Shown here one piece after another: positions 25,759 to 36,891 of a DNA stretch of 64,000 bases (position 1 is its first letter; every line of letters begins with the position of its first letter). Location of the stretch: assembly GCA_040437565.1 (NCBI GenBank), contig JBDOQK010000004.1, positions 620,001 to 684,000 on the forward strand. The letters run 5' to 3'. The position numbers were made by a program, and so were the translations under genes. Origin of the DNA: Albugo candida (taxonomy: Eukaryota). The notes under the pieces were generated by a model that made no database searches, was not told where the DNA came from, and was given only the letters and a program-made list of their open reading frames with translations.

Positions 25759-28048
25759 TTACTTGAGGTCCCATTGACGAGTAATGGATAAGGAAGGATC
25801 TTGACTCCACTTCCCCAAATCAAAACGCGAACACTGTGATTCTGGCTTGCACACAGAGACACGTTCCTCCTGATCCACTTTTGTCTTTCTTAGCTCAGTG
25901 AGCTGTAAGTACTCCAGCACTTGGCGCTCTTGTGTTGCGTATTCCTTCATAGGGTCAGAGGGACTATTTGCATGCACGATTGAATCAACATTTTCCGACA
26001 TGAACAGCTCGGAATGTGCCTCAGTGGCCTTACTGAGTTCCATAATGTATACAGCTACAACTGCATCCATGATCTGAACCTCTTGGTGCCACATTAAGCG
26101 CGCATGAGCTTGAGCCAATCGTGTAAGACTTTCCAGCATTCGAATAGTGGTTCTCGCTGCATTTCGATTGTCACTTGATCGTTGGATCTGGTAATATCGC
26201 TCTAAAATCATCATACTTTCTTGCCCAAGCTTTGGATGATATACCTCCTTCACGTAGCCAATGTACGCTTGAAGCTTGTCAATCGACCATATGGAAGAGC
26301 TTGAATCACAAACTTCCGATCTTTGTGCGTCATCTATCCGCAGTATGAATGATGAAATTGCTCGATCCCATGCAGCATCATTCCGATCTTGTAATATAAA
26401 AATCAAGTCGAAGCGGCTCAATAATGGCGTGCCAATTCCTGCGTAAGCAGCGAGCCCTGTATCGGCAGCATAACGCCCTCGTGGATTTGTCGCCGCAATG
26501 ATACTTGTTCGAGTTTGAAGTCGACTTACGAGCCCTGCTTTTGCAACACTGAGGCATTGCTGCTCCATCGCCTCATGGATCGATGTGCGATCGTGGCTTC
26601 GTATACTGTTGAACTCATCGATGCAGCAGAGACCTCTATCCGCAAGTACTAAAGCACCTGCGTCCAACATCCACTCACCACCATCCTTAACAGCGGCACA
26701 CGTCAGACCAGCGCTGGTTGTCCCAATCCCTGTTGTCAATACCGAGCGAGGTGAAAGATCTGCTGCAAATCGTAGCAGTTGCGATTTTCCTGTCCCAGGG
26801 TCACCAATTAACAGCAAATGCGGCTCTCCTCTAACTTTCAGACCAGCATCATCAATATGCGAACATCCACCGACTACTGTCAGCACAATAGCCAATTTGA
26901 TGATATGTAGGCCAAAGACTTTGGGGCAAATGTTTGCAATGATTACATCTCTACCGACAAGAGGATTGTTTGCATTCTGTTGCCAACAGTTTTGAAATTC
27001 CTTGCGGTATTTTTCTTTTGCGATCGAGTCTGTTGAGGCAGCATTTTTTATTCGAACACTGTTTGCCCTTAGAGAGGTTTCAACATCACATCGAACATCT
27101 TTGATACAAGGCTTCCAACACCGGGAAAGAATTCCAACCACCACAATGTGGTCCCCAGCATGCACAATATCGACCAAATCATCTTCGAGAATAATCGTAA
27201 TCGATCGAGGGATTGAACCGATGCCAAGCCTTGACACTTGCTCTTGTACTTTGATAACCTGATGATCAGATACGACTTGAGATCCTTCAACAAGTTCAAA
27301 GTGTGCTGACCGGCATGGCTTTATACTTTCGGATGGGCACACGTTCTAATGAGAGAAATTCGTATCAGTTTGCAGCATCGTACATTCATAGCCTTACTGG
27401 AAGCTGAAGGACGTTGCCTTGCTCAGGATCTGACATTACAAGAAACTGGTAACGACACCGAGAATTACTACATATATATTCTCGAGATCTTTCATGCATT
27501 CTGATCATCCCTGTGCGAATGACTATGCCACAAATCTGGATCAGCTGGTTGATATCATTACTTCGAAGCTTGCTAATCATGGTTTTGCGATACAGCTTCA
27601 AAGGAGGAAGATTTTCTACACGTATCTGCGATTTCGGACGATGTAATTTGAAGTCTCCGGAGGGGTGACTGGCGTAAGATTCCTGTGACTCGCTTATGTG
27701 CTGGGAACTCTGTCGGACAGCGTCGAGGCATTCATGCAGCGCCTGATTGATCAGATGTAGTGATTTTTCTGGATATTGGAGCAGCAAACTGCCAAGATTT
27801 GGATCGAAATCAATGAGAATATGAGCATCAATGAGAAGCGAAAAGCTCATTCCTGAATGCGACTTCAACACCCTTTTAGAATCCGAGCTGGTCTTGCTGC
27901 TTTCTCGATCACTTGTGCCTAAGCGCGTGTACATAATTTGTATGTCTTCATTATAACAGCGATTGAGGAACGCTTTGAATGCACGAATGTATGTGCTTTG
28001 ATGGCGACTTAAGTCCTGTAATGAGGCTTGTACATCATTTCCGGGCAT
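25759..28048 (-). CDS. MCM9: DNA helicase MCM9; intron 27346-27397
   Basis: Walker A LLIGDPGTGKSQ, Walker B CCIDEFNS (MCM9-like), IHEAMEQQ, arginine finger LLSRFDL, TTIRMLESL; the zinc finger spans the intron. Confidence 0.9.
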
Positions 28049-28569
28049 TTGTAAGGTGGGCAAAGAAACTCGTGCTATGGGACTCTAAAGATCAGTTTGC
28101 GCTGATTTGCTTTTTGGGAACAGTACAGACGTGTCTTAATTGTGGGCCAGGCGGCTTACGAATTGTTCAATCATTCAACGCAAGTACGATTATTCGTTTA
28201 CTAGCAGACATGTGTATACAATCAATTACACTTGGGTTGCAACTTCGACTTCGGACACATTTTCTCTCTATCTGTTCAATTCTTCCAGGCGAGATAGATA
28301 TGTGAAGGATCACTCGCAATGCTTCTTATTCTACCTATATAGTTGCCGCTAAGAACAATCCAGAGTACAGGACGCAGTGCTTGTGTCGGCCTCTACCAAA
28401 ACGCTGTCTGATGGCGCTAGCATGAATAGATTAGTATGGCAGGGCTATTTTAATGGATTGTCTTATCGTTGTTCGTATCTGCGCTTGAGCTCAGGTCTAT
28501 GGATATTTCGAATTTCACATATCTGCCAGGAATTTCCATTTTGACCAAGTTTTTGGGGTAAAGGCCTCG

Positions 28570-28751
28570 GGTACAGAGGAATTGAACGGACTTGCTTGAC
28601 TAATTTTGGCNNNNNNNNNNNNNNNNNNNNNNNNNNNNNNNNNNNNNNNNNNNNNNNNNNNNNNNNNNNNNNNNNNNNNNNNNNNNNNNNNNNNNNNNNN
28701 NNNNNNNNNNGGTACAGAGGAATTGAACGGACTTGCTTGACTAATTTTGGC
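28570..28751. repeat. 41-bp direct overlap flanking the 100-N gap at 28611-28710
   Basis: GGTACAGAGG...TAATTTTGGC is present on both sides of the gap. Confidence 0.9.
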
Positions 28752-28861
28752 AAAATTCGTTCTAAAAAAGACGATCTTTATTTAGGAGGGGCACATGGAC
28801 AATGCAAGTGATGTCATTCTGAGAATTGAGTTGAGGTCAGCCCTTCCACTTCTCTGATCGA

Positions 28862-29767
28862 ATGATACGTTCTTTTGCAAAACGATGTCTGAGTAACGGC
28901 GGCGCTCGGCAACTTGGTAGTTTCGGAAAGAATCGGAATCTCTCATCACACGTTCTTGGCTTTAGCACTGTGATCATGAGCGGGTATGCAGCGTATACAA
29001 TTGCGGATCCCACCAACGTCTTCGCGTTGCGTCAGGCAAATGCGGAGACTTCCATACTATTGCAACAGTCGGATTCGTTTGTGCAATATGCGAGCAAAAT
29101 TGCCTCTCAGGTTGGAGTTCGCTCTGCGGAGAACCTGGAAATTCGCTTGAGCCAGCAAAATGCAGGAGCTTCACTCGGGACAAATTTGAAAAAAAAAGCC
29201 TGCATCATTCTTCCATTAGACCTCTATACCGCATTTCATTCCAATTCAAGCGATTCGGTGGACACCGATCTTCCGTCTCCTGCTGAACTTGATTTCGTGA
29301 TTGCGCACGAAAGCGCACATATTGCTGATAATCACATGGTGATCTCACGAGCAGCATTTCCGATCTCGTTATTCGGAGCATACTCTTTCATGAGCAAGAT
29401 TCCCAATAAGTGGGTGGCAGCGATGGTAGGATGCGGAACTCTACTATTGACAAATATATTCGTCTCTAGGCAGATCGAATACAGGGCAGATGCAATTGCA
29501 GCGAAAGCTGGTTACGGACATGGAGGAGTGGTATTGTTCAAGCGAAGTCAGGTTCGAAATTGTAGAGTGCGCGAGCTGACCAAGAGTCGGATGATCACAA
29601 AACGCGGGGATTATTTGGGTGACATCATGCATCCATTGTTGACAAGCCGCATCAAGCGTTTGCTCGCACAGTCGTGTATGCCGCATATCCAACCTGCGTC
29701 TTCCGCGCTTATTTTTGAAGTCGTACGCAGCTGTCAACACGATGGCGCCTTAGCGTTCACGCAATGA
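28862..29767 (+). CDS. Peptidase family M48 zinc metalloprotease (membrane; possible mitochondrial presequence)
   Basis: ELDFVIAHESAH (HExxH), two hydrophobic helices, SRQIEYRADA (ExxAD), MHPLLTSRIKRL; Arg/Ser-rich N-terminus without acidic residues. Confidence 0.8.
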   Translation: MIRSFAKRCLSNGGARQLGSFGKNRNLSSHVLGFSTVIMSGYAAYTIADPTNVFALRQANAETSILLQQSDSFVQYASKIASQVGVRSAENLEIRLSQQNAGASLGTNLKKKACIILPLDLYTAFHSNSSDSVDTDLPSPAELDFVIAHESAHIADNHMVISRAAFPISLFGAYSFMSKIPNKWVAAMVGCGTLLLTNIFVSRQIEYRADAIAAKAGYGHGGVVLFKRSQVRNCRVRELTKSRMITKRGDYLGDIMHPLLTSRIKRLLAQSCMPHIQPASSALIFEVVRSCQHDGALAFTQ

Positions 29768-29982
29768 TTTTTGCCACAGTTTGGCGCTCGACTGGTTCTA
29801 AGTTGCATTCAGGTCTTGAAGTCATCCATGGGATGCCCATTTCACATGTTATGGACATAATGGCAAAGGAAAGCGTCACTTTTGTACTATGCAACACCTC
29901 ACTACTTCATTGCTCGGTCTTCAGCTATACAATTTGCGTCAACTAGGTGGTAGAAAAAGGAAGCGATAGTTGTTCGTGAAGC

Positions 29983-30903
29983 TCAAAGCTTTGAAACGTG
30001 GTCAAGTGTGAAGTGTCCAAATTCACCACGTCGAAATGCTGCTAATAAATAGTCCGCTGCCAATCGGTCATGGGTCTCGGGATCTTTTCCAACCGCTCCA
30101 CATTGTCGTTGAATCTTTTTGAAAACTTCTTCAATGTCATCAGTCGGTTGATCTAATTGTAGTGCCTCCACATACCGAGTCGAATTCATTCGATTCAGCA
30201 CAAATAACATATAATCAGCAAGTACTTCTTTCCCGACAATGTCGTCACGAATGGCGCCAGTAAGCGCCAACTTTAACCCCGTTTCCTGGTTCTCAACATT
30301 TGGAAGCATAACACCAGGAGTATCCACAACGTAGATAGCTGGCGTCGCATTCACTTGAATGATATCTTTCCTTACTGTCACTCCCGGTGTTGGTCCAACC
30401 AGTGCTCGTTTCTTACCTTTGGCAAGCTTTGTTGAGGATGAAAGTCTTCGAAACGCATTTATTAGTGAGGATTTTCCAACGTTGGGAATGCCAAGTACCA
30501 TAACCATTGTACCTGCAGTAGTTTTGAATTGAGCTCGAGTGTTCTCATCACACCATTGTAATACAGACTTCACCTTTTTTCCTTTCAACACCGACGTGAA
30601 CATGCAAGCACGAGGAAAAGAGCTTTCCACCGTTGTTCTTGGACCTTGAATAAACTGAGCTTCCACGACTTGTTGCATATTTGAATTGGCCAAATCACAC
30701 TTATTGAAAACAACCAGGCGAGGTTTTGAATGATCAAAAGCTGTATCTAAGATCGCATTCGCAGAGCTGAACGGGATGCGGGCATCGCGTACTTCAATTA
30801 AAACGTCAATTGACTCAAGCTGTGCTTGCATTTGTTTTTTTGCCGCTGCCATATGTCCAGGAAACCAATTTATTTTCTTGTTCAAAGTGAAGACGCTGCG
30901 CAT
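29983..30903 (-). CDS. MTG1: Mitochondrial ribosome-associated circularly permuted GTPase (MTG1/RbgA/YlqF)
   Basis: INWFPGHM, EVRDARIP, G4 NKCD placed before G1 GIPNVGKS, PGVT, DTPG. Confidence 0.9.
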   Translation of the reverse strand: MRSVFTLNKKINWFPGHMAAAKKQMQAQLESIDVLIEVRDARIPFSSANAILDTAFDHSKPRLVVFNKCDLANSNMQQVVEAQFIQGPRTTVESSFPRACMFTSVLKGKKVKSVLQWCDENTRAQFKTTAGTMVMVLGIPNVGKSSLINAFRRLSSSTKLAKGKKRALVGPTPGVTVRKDIIQVNATPAIYVVDTPGVMLPNVENQETGLKLALTGAIRDDIVGKEVLADYMLFVLNRMNSTRYVEALQLDQPTDDIEEVFKKIQRQCGAVGKDPETHDRLAADYLLAAFRRGEFGHFTLDHVSKL

Positions 30904-31703
30904 TTTTCGCTCTTTCGTCACGCGGATCAATTTTGGCCACCAATTTTAGCCAATGACAATTCATAGATTCAACACACCGATGTGCAACGAATGATGGCAA
31001 AAACGATCAAATTGTGGGTTTTTGATGCGCTGAATTGTTGAGCAACTCACGATTGTGTGAGAATGTATCGGCTTTAATCATATGTCTCTTATCTTCCTTT
31101 AGGAAAAGAAAAATCAATATTATCAATAGAAAGTTCATTAAAATATTTTATATTAGGTTCAATTGCATCAAGTAGCCATTCATGATTGCCATTTGTCATT
31201 ATTGGCATCAATCCGCATAGAACATTTTGCAAAGTGCGCGGGAGAAATATATCGTACTAAAGTGTGGTATGGCACGATATACTTGATGATGAAAGGTGAT
31301 TTAGACAATCGCACTGCAATCGATTTATATATGCGCACGAAAACACCCTTTGTCCAGGCGTAATTTGTGGTAGCAGCGTGCCAAAATATGACATCATGCC
31401 TGACGAGTTTGTCGATTGCAAGCGTATAAAAAACATGTCGTAAGCGTGACTGATAGTCGTTACTCGAAATAGACTTCCATATTGAACGTCATGAAGCTTT
31501 TGGGGTTTCAACGATGGAATCTAGCTGCGCGAATGTGCTCATGCGACTCATGTAGTCAATCATCAAGTGGTTACTCGTGTGATGAAATCTTAGTAACTCA
31601 GGTCATTGAGAAATGTGTTGCTTTGTTTTTGTAGGTGATAAAATGGAGTGGGAAGGGAAAAAGTGTGCCGCTTTGCTAATTCATGTACACGAGCAGTCTA
31701 TAA

Positions 31704-32534
31704 TCAACAAATAGAATATTTCAATGAGCATCGACATACTGGACAAGATGGAGATGATATTAGCCAGTGATTGATACATTCGTGATGAAACATGTGCTGA
31801 CACGGTAATCTAATCGAGCTCTTGGTATCTGTCAATGAGTCCAGGCATATTCGACAAGCGATCTGCGGTTCCAATTCATTTCCATTGTCGGAATGAAAAA
31901 AGTTCTTGAGTAATTTGTGAGCATTTTCCTGTCGTTGTGCGGTTATGTCCAAAAATGAGTACACTAAGGCTTGACTAAGAATTGTGTTGTCGCATTGGCA
32001 ATCGCGATTGAGGGCGACAAGCAAATCGTTCAAAAACTCCTCCATGATATTGGTATGTGTGAACGAATATGTCAACTTCGTTTGCCACGAATGTCGTCGC
32101 GAGTGCTTATACATGGGAGATTTGACTGTACGCCGTAAAGGCCCACAACATTCAAAACTACGGCAATCGCCCATAATCATTTCCATATCTTTGCGAAACT
32201 GTTGATAATCGCAGAATGATTTGCGGAGAATCCACTTGTGCCCAAACATATGATCCATCAGGTACATCACAAACTGTGTGTCTACGTGTGTCTGCGGCCT
32301 CATTGGCAAGCTGAATCGCCGTTCTGTAGACAAGTTAACGGGAGGAGAAACGCTCTTACGACGACTGTGAGTGACCGCTCCTGCATGACACTTTACTGCG
32401 GTCAACGTGGCTGGAGTGACCATAATGGACACAACATTCGTGCCAAGTTTCTCTCGGCAGATGGCTCGAGCTAGAGACATGCAAGTGCTTTCATTCGGTT
32501 CATCTAAAAAACTCCTCAAGGAAACGAAAACCAT
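31704..32534 (-). CDS. RING-H2 E3 ligase-like protein with a PX-like central domain (copy 1)
   Basis: C-terminal CRICLD...LPCQHMFHHECINHWL...CPVCR; KWILRKSFCDYQQF...MEEFLNDLL...YSFLDI resembles a PX fold. Confidence 0.8.
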   Translation of the reverse strand: MVFVSLRSFLDEPNESTCMSLARAICREKLGTNVVSIMVTPATLTAVKCHAGAVTHSRRKSVSPPVNLSTERRFSLPMRPQTHVDTQFVMYLMDHMFGHKWILRKSFCDYQQFRKDMEMIMGDCRSFECCGPLRRTVKSPMYKHSRRHSWQTKLTYSFTHTNIMEEFLNDLLVALNRDCQCDNTILSQALVYSFLDITAQRQENAHKLLKNFFHSDNGNELEPQIACRICLDSLTDTKSSIRLPCQHMFHHECINHWLISSPSCPVCRCSLKYSIC

Positions 32535-32696
32535 TCTGAAATGAGATTGAAAGGCTTCCCTATTGCATTCTTATCTTATCATAGCGCAACTAAGTATAGA
32601 TCTTGGACTCGTTGTATCGCATTTGTAGGTGATATGATGTATCACGGGTAGCTTGCATAAGAGACCAGAAGCTTCGAATTTTGAGTCCATCAAGCA

Positions 32697-33311
32697 ATGC
32701 CTCAGGCTTTACTCAATTTACGGACCACTCCCAACTATGGGAGTACGGGCACGACTAAAGATCATGAAGCAAGTCCAAGACATCGATTGAAGTCCTGGTA
32801 TATGCAAATGTTCCTGATCAATCTTGTCGAGTTCTCAGCAGAGTCTTCCCGGGGGATAGTTTTACCAACTCTATTCCTCTACGGAAAATCACTGGGTGGA
32901 AGCATTGCGTTCATGGGAATCTTGACCTCTGTCTTCTCTGTCGGTAGACTTATTTCTTCGACTGTATTTGGCTGGATGTGCGATCGATGGACATTCAAAG
33001 CTGTTTACATCATTTCGTCGGTGATTTGTCTGTTTGGCAATGTTCTATATCTTCTTGCAGACGAACACGTTGTTAATTCGAAGTATCTTTTGGCTATCAG
33101 TCGATTCATTGTCGGCTTTGGAGCAGGTAATCGAAGTGTATGCCGAGCAAACGTTGCCGCTATCACAACTGTCAGTCAGCGTCTGAAATATTTGACCATT
33201 TTGGCAACAGTTGTATTCCTTGGGTATGCGCTGACTCCTGGTTTTGGATCGTTAGTAGCAAATATTGATGTTTATCTTCTTGGTGTGCACTTTAATCAAT
33301 TCACGTCACCA
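32697..33311 (+). CDS. Gap-truncated duplicate of the MFS transporter (probably an assembly artefact)
   Basis: Identical to the 5' part of 34783-36189. Confidence 0.5.
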
Positions 33312-33789
33312 NNNNNNNNNNNNNNNNNNNNNNNNNNNNNNNNNNNNNNNNNNNNNNNNNNNNNNNNNNNNNNNNNNNNNNNNNNNNNNNNNNNNNNNNN
33401 NNNNNNNNNNNTATATATGCGCACGAAAACACCCTTTGTCCAGGCGTAATTTGTGGTAGCAGCGTGCCAAAATATGACATCATGCCTGACGAGTTTGTCG
33501 ATTGCAAGCGTATAAAAAACATGTCGTAAGCGTGACTGATAGTCGTTACTCGAAATAGACTTCCATATTGAACGTCATGAAGCTTTTGGGGTTTCAACGA
33601 TGGAATCTAGCTGCGCGAATGTGCTCATGCGACTCATGTAGTCAATCATCAAGTGGTTACTCGTGTGATGAAATCTTAGTAACTCAGGTCATTGAGAAAT
33701 GTGTTGCTTTGTTTTTGTAGGTGATAAAATGGAGTGGGAAGGGAAAAAGTGTGCCGCTTTGCTAATTCATGTACACGAGCAGTCTATAA

Positions 33790-34620
33790 TCAACAAATAG
33801 AATATTTCAATGAGCATCGACATACTGGACAAGATGGAGATGATATTAGCCAGTGATTGATACATTCGTGATGAAACATGTGCTGACACGGTAATCTAAT
33901 CGAGCTCTTGGTATCTGTCAATGAGTCCAGGCATATTCGACAAGCGATCTGCGGTTCCAATTCATTTCCATTGTCGGAATGAAAAAAGTTCTTGAGTAAT
34001 TTGTGAGCATTTTCCTGTCGTTGTGCGGTTATGTCCAAAAATGAGTACACTAAGGCTTGACTAAGAATTGTGTTGTCGCATTGGCAATCGCGATTGAGGG
34101 CGACAAGCAAATCGTTCAAAAACTCCTCCATGATATTGGTATGTGTGAACGAATATGTCAACTTCGTTTGCCACGAATGTCGTCGCGAGTGCTTATACAT
34201 GGGAGATTTGACTGTACGCCGTAAAGGCCCACAACATTCAAAACTACGGCAATCGCCCATAATCATTTCCATATCTTTGCGAAACTGTTGATAATCGCAG
34301 AATGATTTGCGGAGAATCCACTTGTGCCCAAACATATGATCCATCAGGTACATCACAAACTGTGTGTCTACGTGTGTCTGCGGCCTCATTGGCAAGCTGA
34401 ATCGCCGTTCTGTAGACAAGTTAACGGGAGGAGAAACGCTCTTACGACGACTGTGAGTGACCGCTCCTGCATGACACTTTACTGCGGTCAACGTGGCTGG
34501 AGTGACCATAATGGACACAACATTCGTGCCAAGTTTCTCTCGGCAGATGGCTCGAGCTAGAGACATGCAAGTGCTTTCATTCGGTTCATCTAAAAAACTC
34601 CTCAAGGAAACGAAAACCAT
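33790..34620 (-). CDS. RING-H2 / PX-like protein (copy 2, identical to copy 1)
   Basis: Same translation as 31704-32534. Confidence 0.7.
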   Translation of the reverse strand: MVFVSLRSFLDEPNESTCMSLARAICREKLGTNVVSIMVTPATLTAVKCHAGAVTHSRRKSVSPPVNLSTERRFSLPMRPQTHVDTQFVMYLMDHMFGHKWILRKSFCDYQQFRKDMEMIMGDCRSFECCGPLRRTVKSPMYKHSRRHSWQTKLTYSFTHTNIMEEFLNDLLVALNRDCQCDNTILSQALVYSFLDITAQRQENAHKLLKNFFHSDNGNELEPQIACRICLDSLTDTKSSIRLPCQHMFHHECINHWLISSPSCPVCRCSLKYSIC

Positions 34621-34782
34621 TCTGAAATGAGATTGAAAGGCTTCCCTATTGCATTCTTATCTTATCATAGCGCAACTAAGTATAGATCTTGGACTCGTTG
34701 TATCGCATTTGTAGGTGATATGATGTATCACGGGTAGCTTGCATAAGAGACCAGAAGCTTCGAATTTTGAGTCCATCAAGCA

Positions 34783-36189
34783 ATGCCTCAGGCTTTACTC
34801 AATTTACGGACCACTCCCAACTATGGGAGTACGGGCACGACTAAAGATCATGAAGCAAGTCCAAGACATCGATTGAAGTCCTGGTATATGCAAATGTTCC
34901 TGATCAATCTTGTCGAGTTCTCAGCAGAGTCTTCCCGGGGGATAGTTTTACCAACTCTATTCCTCTACGGAAAATCACTGGGTGGAAGCATTGCGTTCAT
35001 GGGAATCTTGACCTCTGTCTTCTCTGTCGGTAGACTTATTTCTTCGACTGTATTTGGCTGGATGTGCGATCGATGGACATTCAAAGCTGTTTACATCATT
35101 TCGTCGGTGATTTGTCTGTTTGGCAATGTTCTATATCTTCTTGCAGACGAACACGTTGTTAATTCGAAGTATCTTTTGGCTATCAGTCGATTCATTGTCG
35201 GCTTTGGAGCAGGTAATCGAAGTGTATGCCGAGCAAACGTTGCCGCTATCACAACTGTCAGTCAGCGTCTGAAATATTTGACCATTTTGGCAACAGTTGT
35301 ATTCCTTGGGTATGCGCTGACTCCTGGTTTTGGATCGTTAGTAGCAAATATTGATGTTTATCTTCTTGGTGTGCACTTTAATCAATTCACGTCACCAGGA
35401 ATGATCTTGGTCATCTTGAGTGGATTTACGATAGTTTTGGTACTACTTTTCCATGAGGAGGACCTAGGCATTCATGACGGACCCTGTGAGACACCCGACA
35501 ACCGTAATCCCGACAAAAAACTCGAAAATTCAACGCATCTTCCTACCAAGGTCGTAAATATGGGGGCAGCTATATTCATCTTTTTGAATTTCAATGCACG
35601 TGGTATCCTATCCGTTTTCGAAACTATAAATATTCCCTTGTTCCTGGAAGTAACGGGAAGCAGTTCTAAGCGCACAGAATCGGTTGTGGCAGCGTCAAAC
35701 TTTCAGTTCTATCTAGGACTATTGGGTCTAATCACCTATTTACTCATCGAGTATTTCCGGCACAAAATATCAGATGTTTGCTGGGTACAAACCGGATTCT
35801 CTATGCTATTTGTCGGAAACCTCTTGCTAGTGGTAGCACCGTCCAATCTTACGTTCTTGCGCTTGACTTTGTCTGAAGTGTTTGTGTGGAGTATTGGTTG
35901 TCCGATTACCTCTGCTGTTATCGTAGCAGCATTTTCAAAGTTACTTGGTGGTCGCCCGCAAGGAACCTTAATGGGTCTTCTGGGCTCTGCTGGATCGGTG
36001 TCGCGCATTGTACTGCCTCTGTTACCGGGTGTGTTAGCAACTTTGTCGCCTGTTTTTTGTATCAATTTGGTGCTTTGTGGTATCAGCATTGTGTCGCTGG
36101 CATGGTATAGCCGACTGGTATATGCCCACAAAGAAGGCCTGACAAGAGAAGCACAAATGAGCACATCGCAAGGTAGCGGTCAAGCTTAG
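34783..36189 (+). CDS. Major facilitator superfamily transporter (MFSD8/CLN7-like), 468 aa
   Basis: About 12 hydrophobic helices, motif A FGWMCDRW, SRFIVGFGAG, and FSKLLGGRPQGTLMGLLGSAGSVSRIV. Confidence 0.88.
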   Translation: MPQALLNLRTTPNYGSTGTTKDHEASPRHRLKSWYMQMFLINLVEFSAESSRGIVLPTLFLYGKSLGGSIAFMGILTSVFSVGRLISSTVFGWMCDRWTFKAVYIISSVICLFGNVLYLLADEHVVNSKYLLAISRFIVGFGAGNRSVCRANVAAITTVSQRLKYLTILATVVFLGYALTPGFGSLVANIDVYLLGVHFNQFTSPGMILVILSGFTIVLVLLFHEEDLGIHDGPCETPDNRNPDKKLENSTHLPTKVVNMGAAIFIFLNFNARGILSVFETINIPLFLEVTGSSSKRTESVVAASNFQFYLGLLGLITYLLIEYFRHKISDVCWVQTGFSMLFVGNLLLVVAPSNLTFLRLTLSEVFVWSIGCPITSAVIVAAFSKLLGGRPQGTLMGLLGSAGSVSRIVLPLLPGVLATLSPVFCINLVLCGISIVSLAWYSRLVYAHKEGLTREAQMSTSQGSGQA

Positions 36190-36891
36190 ACAACATTTTT
36201 GATGAACATATAATGAACCCAGGTTTCCTGGTTATCAAACATCTAAGCTTTATGACTGTACTTTTGTGTCTTATGTCCATTTTTAGGAAAGCAATCCCTG
36301 ATCACCTTCTTGCGTGATAACTCTGTGTCAACAAGACTCACTAACCAAACCTGTAAGACTCAGCCAGCCCAAGCAACATAGCATGAATGTTTTACTATAG
36401 CTTGTCTTGCGATTCAGGACTGCTACTTTCGCCAAGGTAATATTTCGTAGTAGCATGACCACTGCATCTAGTAGAAAAGCGATATCAGAGCTAGACAAAT
36501 TTTGGGATCGCTCTCCTTGACTATAGGCAAACGTTGTGACAAAGCGGTTGAATCTACGTGCAAGAACACTGGAGCATAGAATTCAGTGCATTTTTTTGCA
36601 CGATACAATTATGCTCTATAGATGGTTCAGATTGCTGCAATCATGCACATGTTTGTACCAATAATTATTTATGTAAAACAATTTGTGAATTGACTGTCGG
36701 ACGAAAGAGTATTTTGAATCACATCGATTGGCTTTCCAAAATGGAAGTCATACGTCTTAATTCCGTTTGCTTCGTCTGCATCGTACCTTGGCTTGCACCC
36801 TGAGCAGTCTGCAGGAGAAGGCGGCCATCGCGTGGTGGCTACGAGTAAAAACGATCTATTCACCTATGAGTAACAGCTTGTAATATAGATT

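Larger units (their letters stand above)
31326..35397. repeat. ~2.0-kb direct duplication (31326-33311 and 33412-35397) around the 100-N gap at 33312-33411; likely unmerged contig overlap
   Basis: Identical ORFs at a constant 2086-nt offset; the breakpoints coincide with the gap. Confidence 0.9.

Noticed and set aside
31326-35397. Tandem duplication of the RING + MFS cassette
   Set aside because: Same gap-overlap signature; the first MFS copy ends exactly at the N run.
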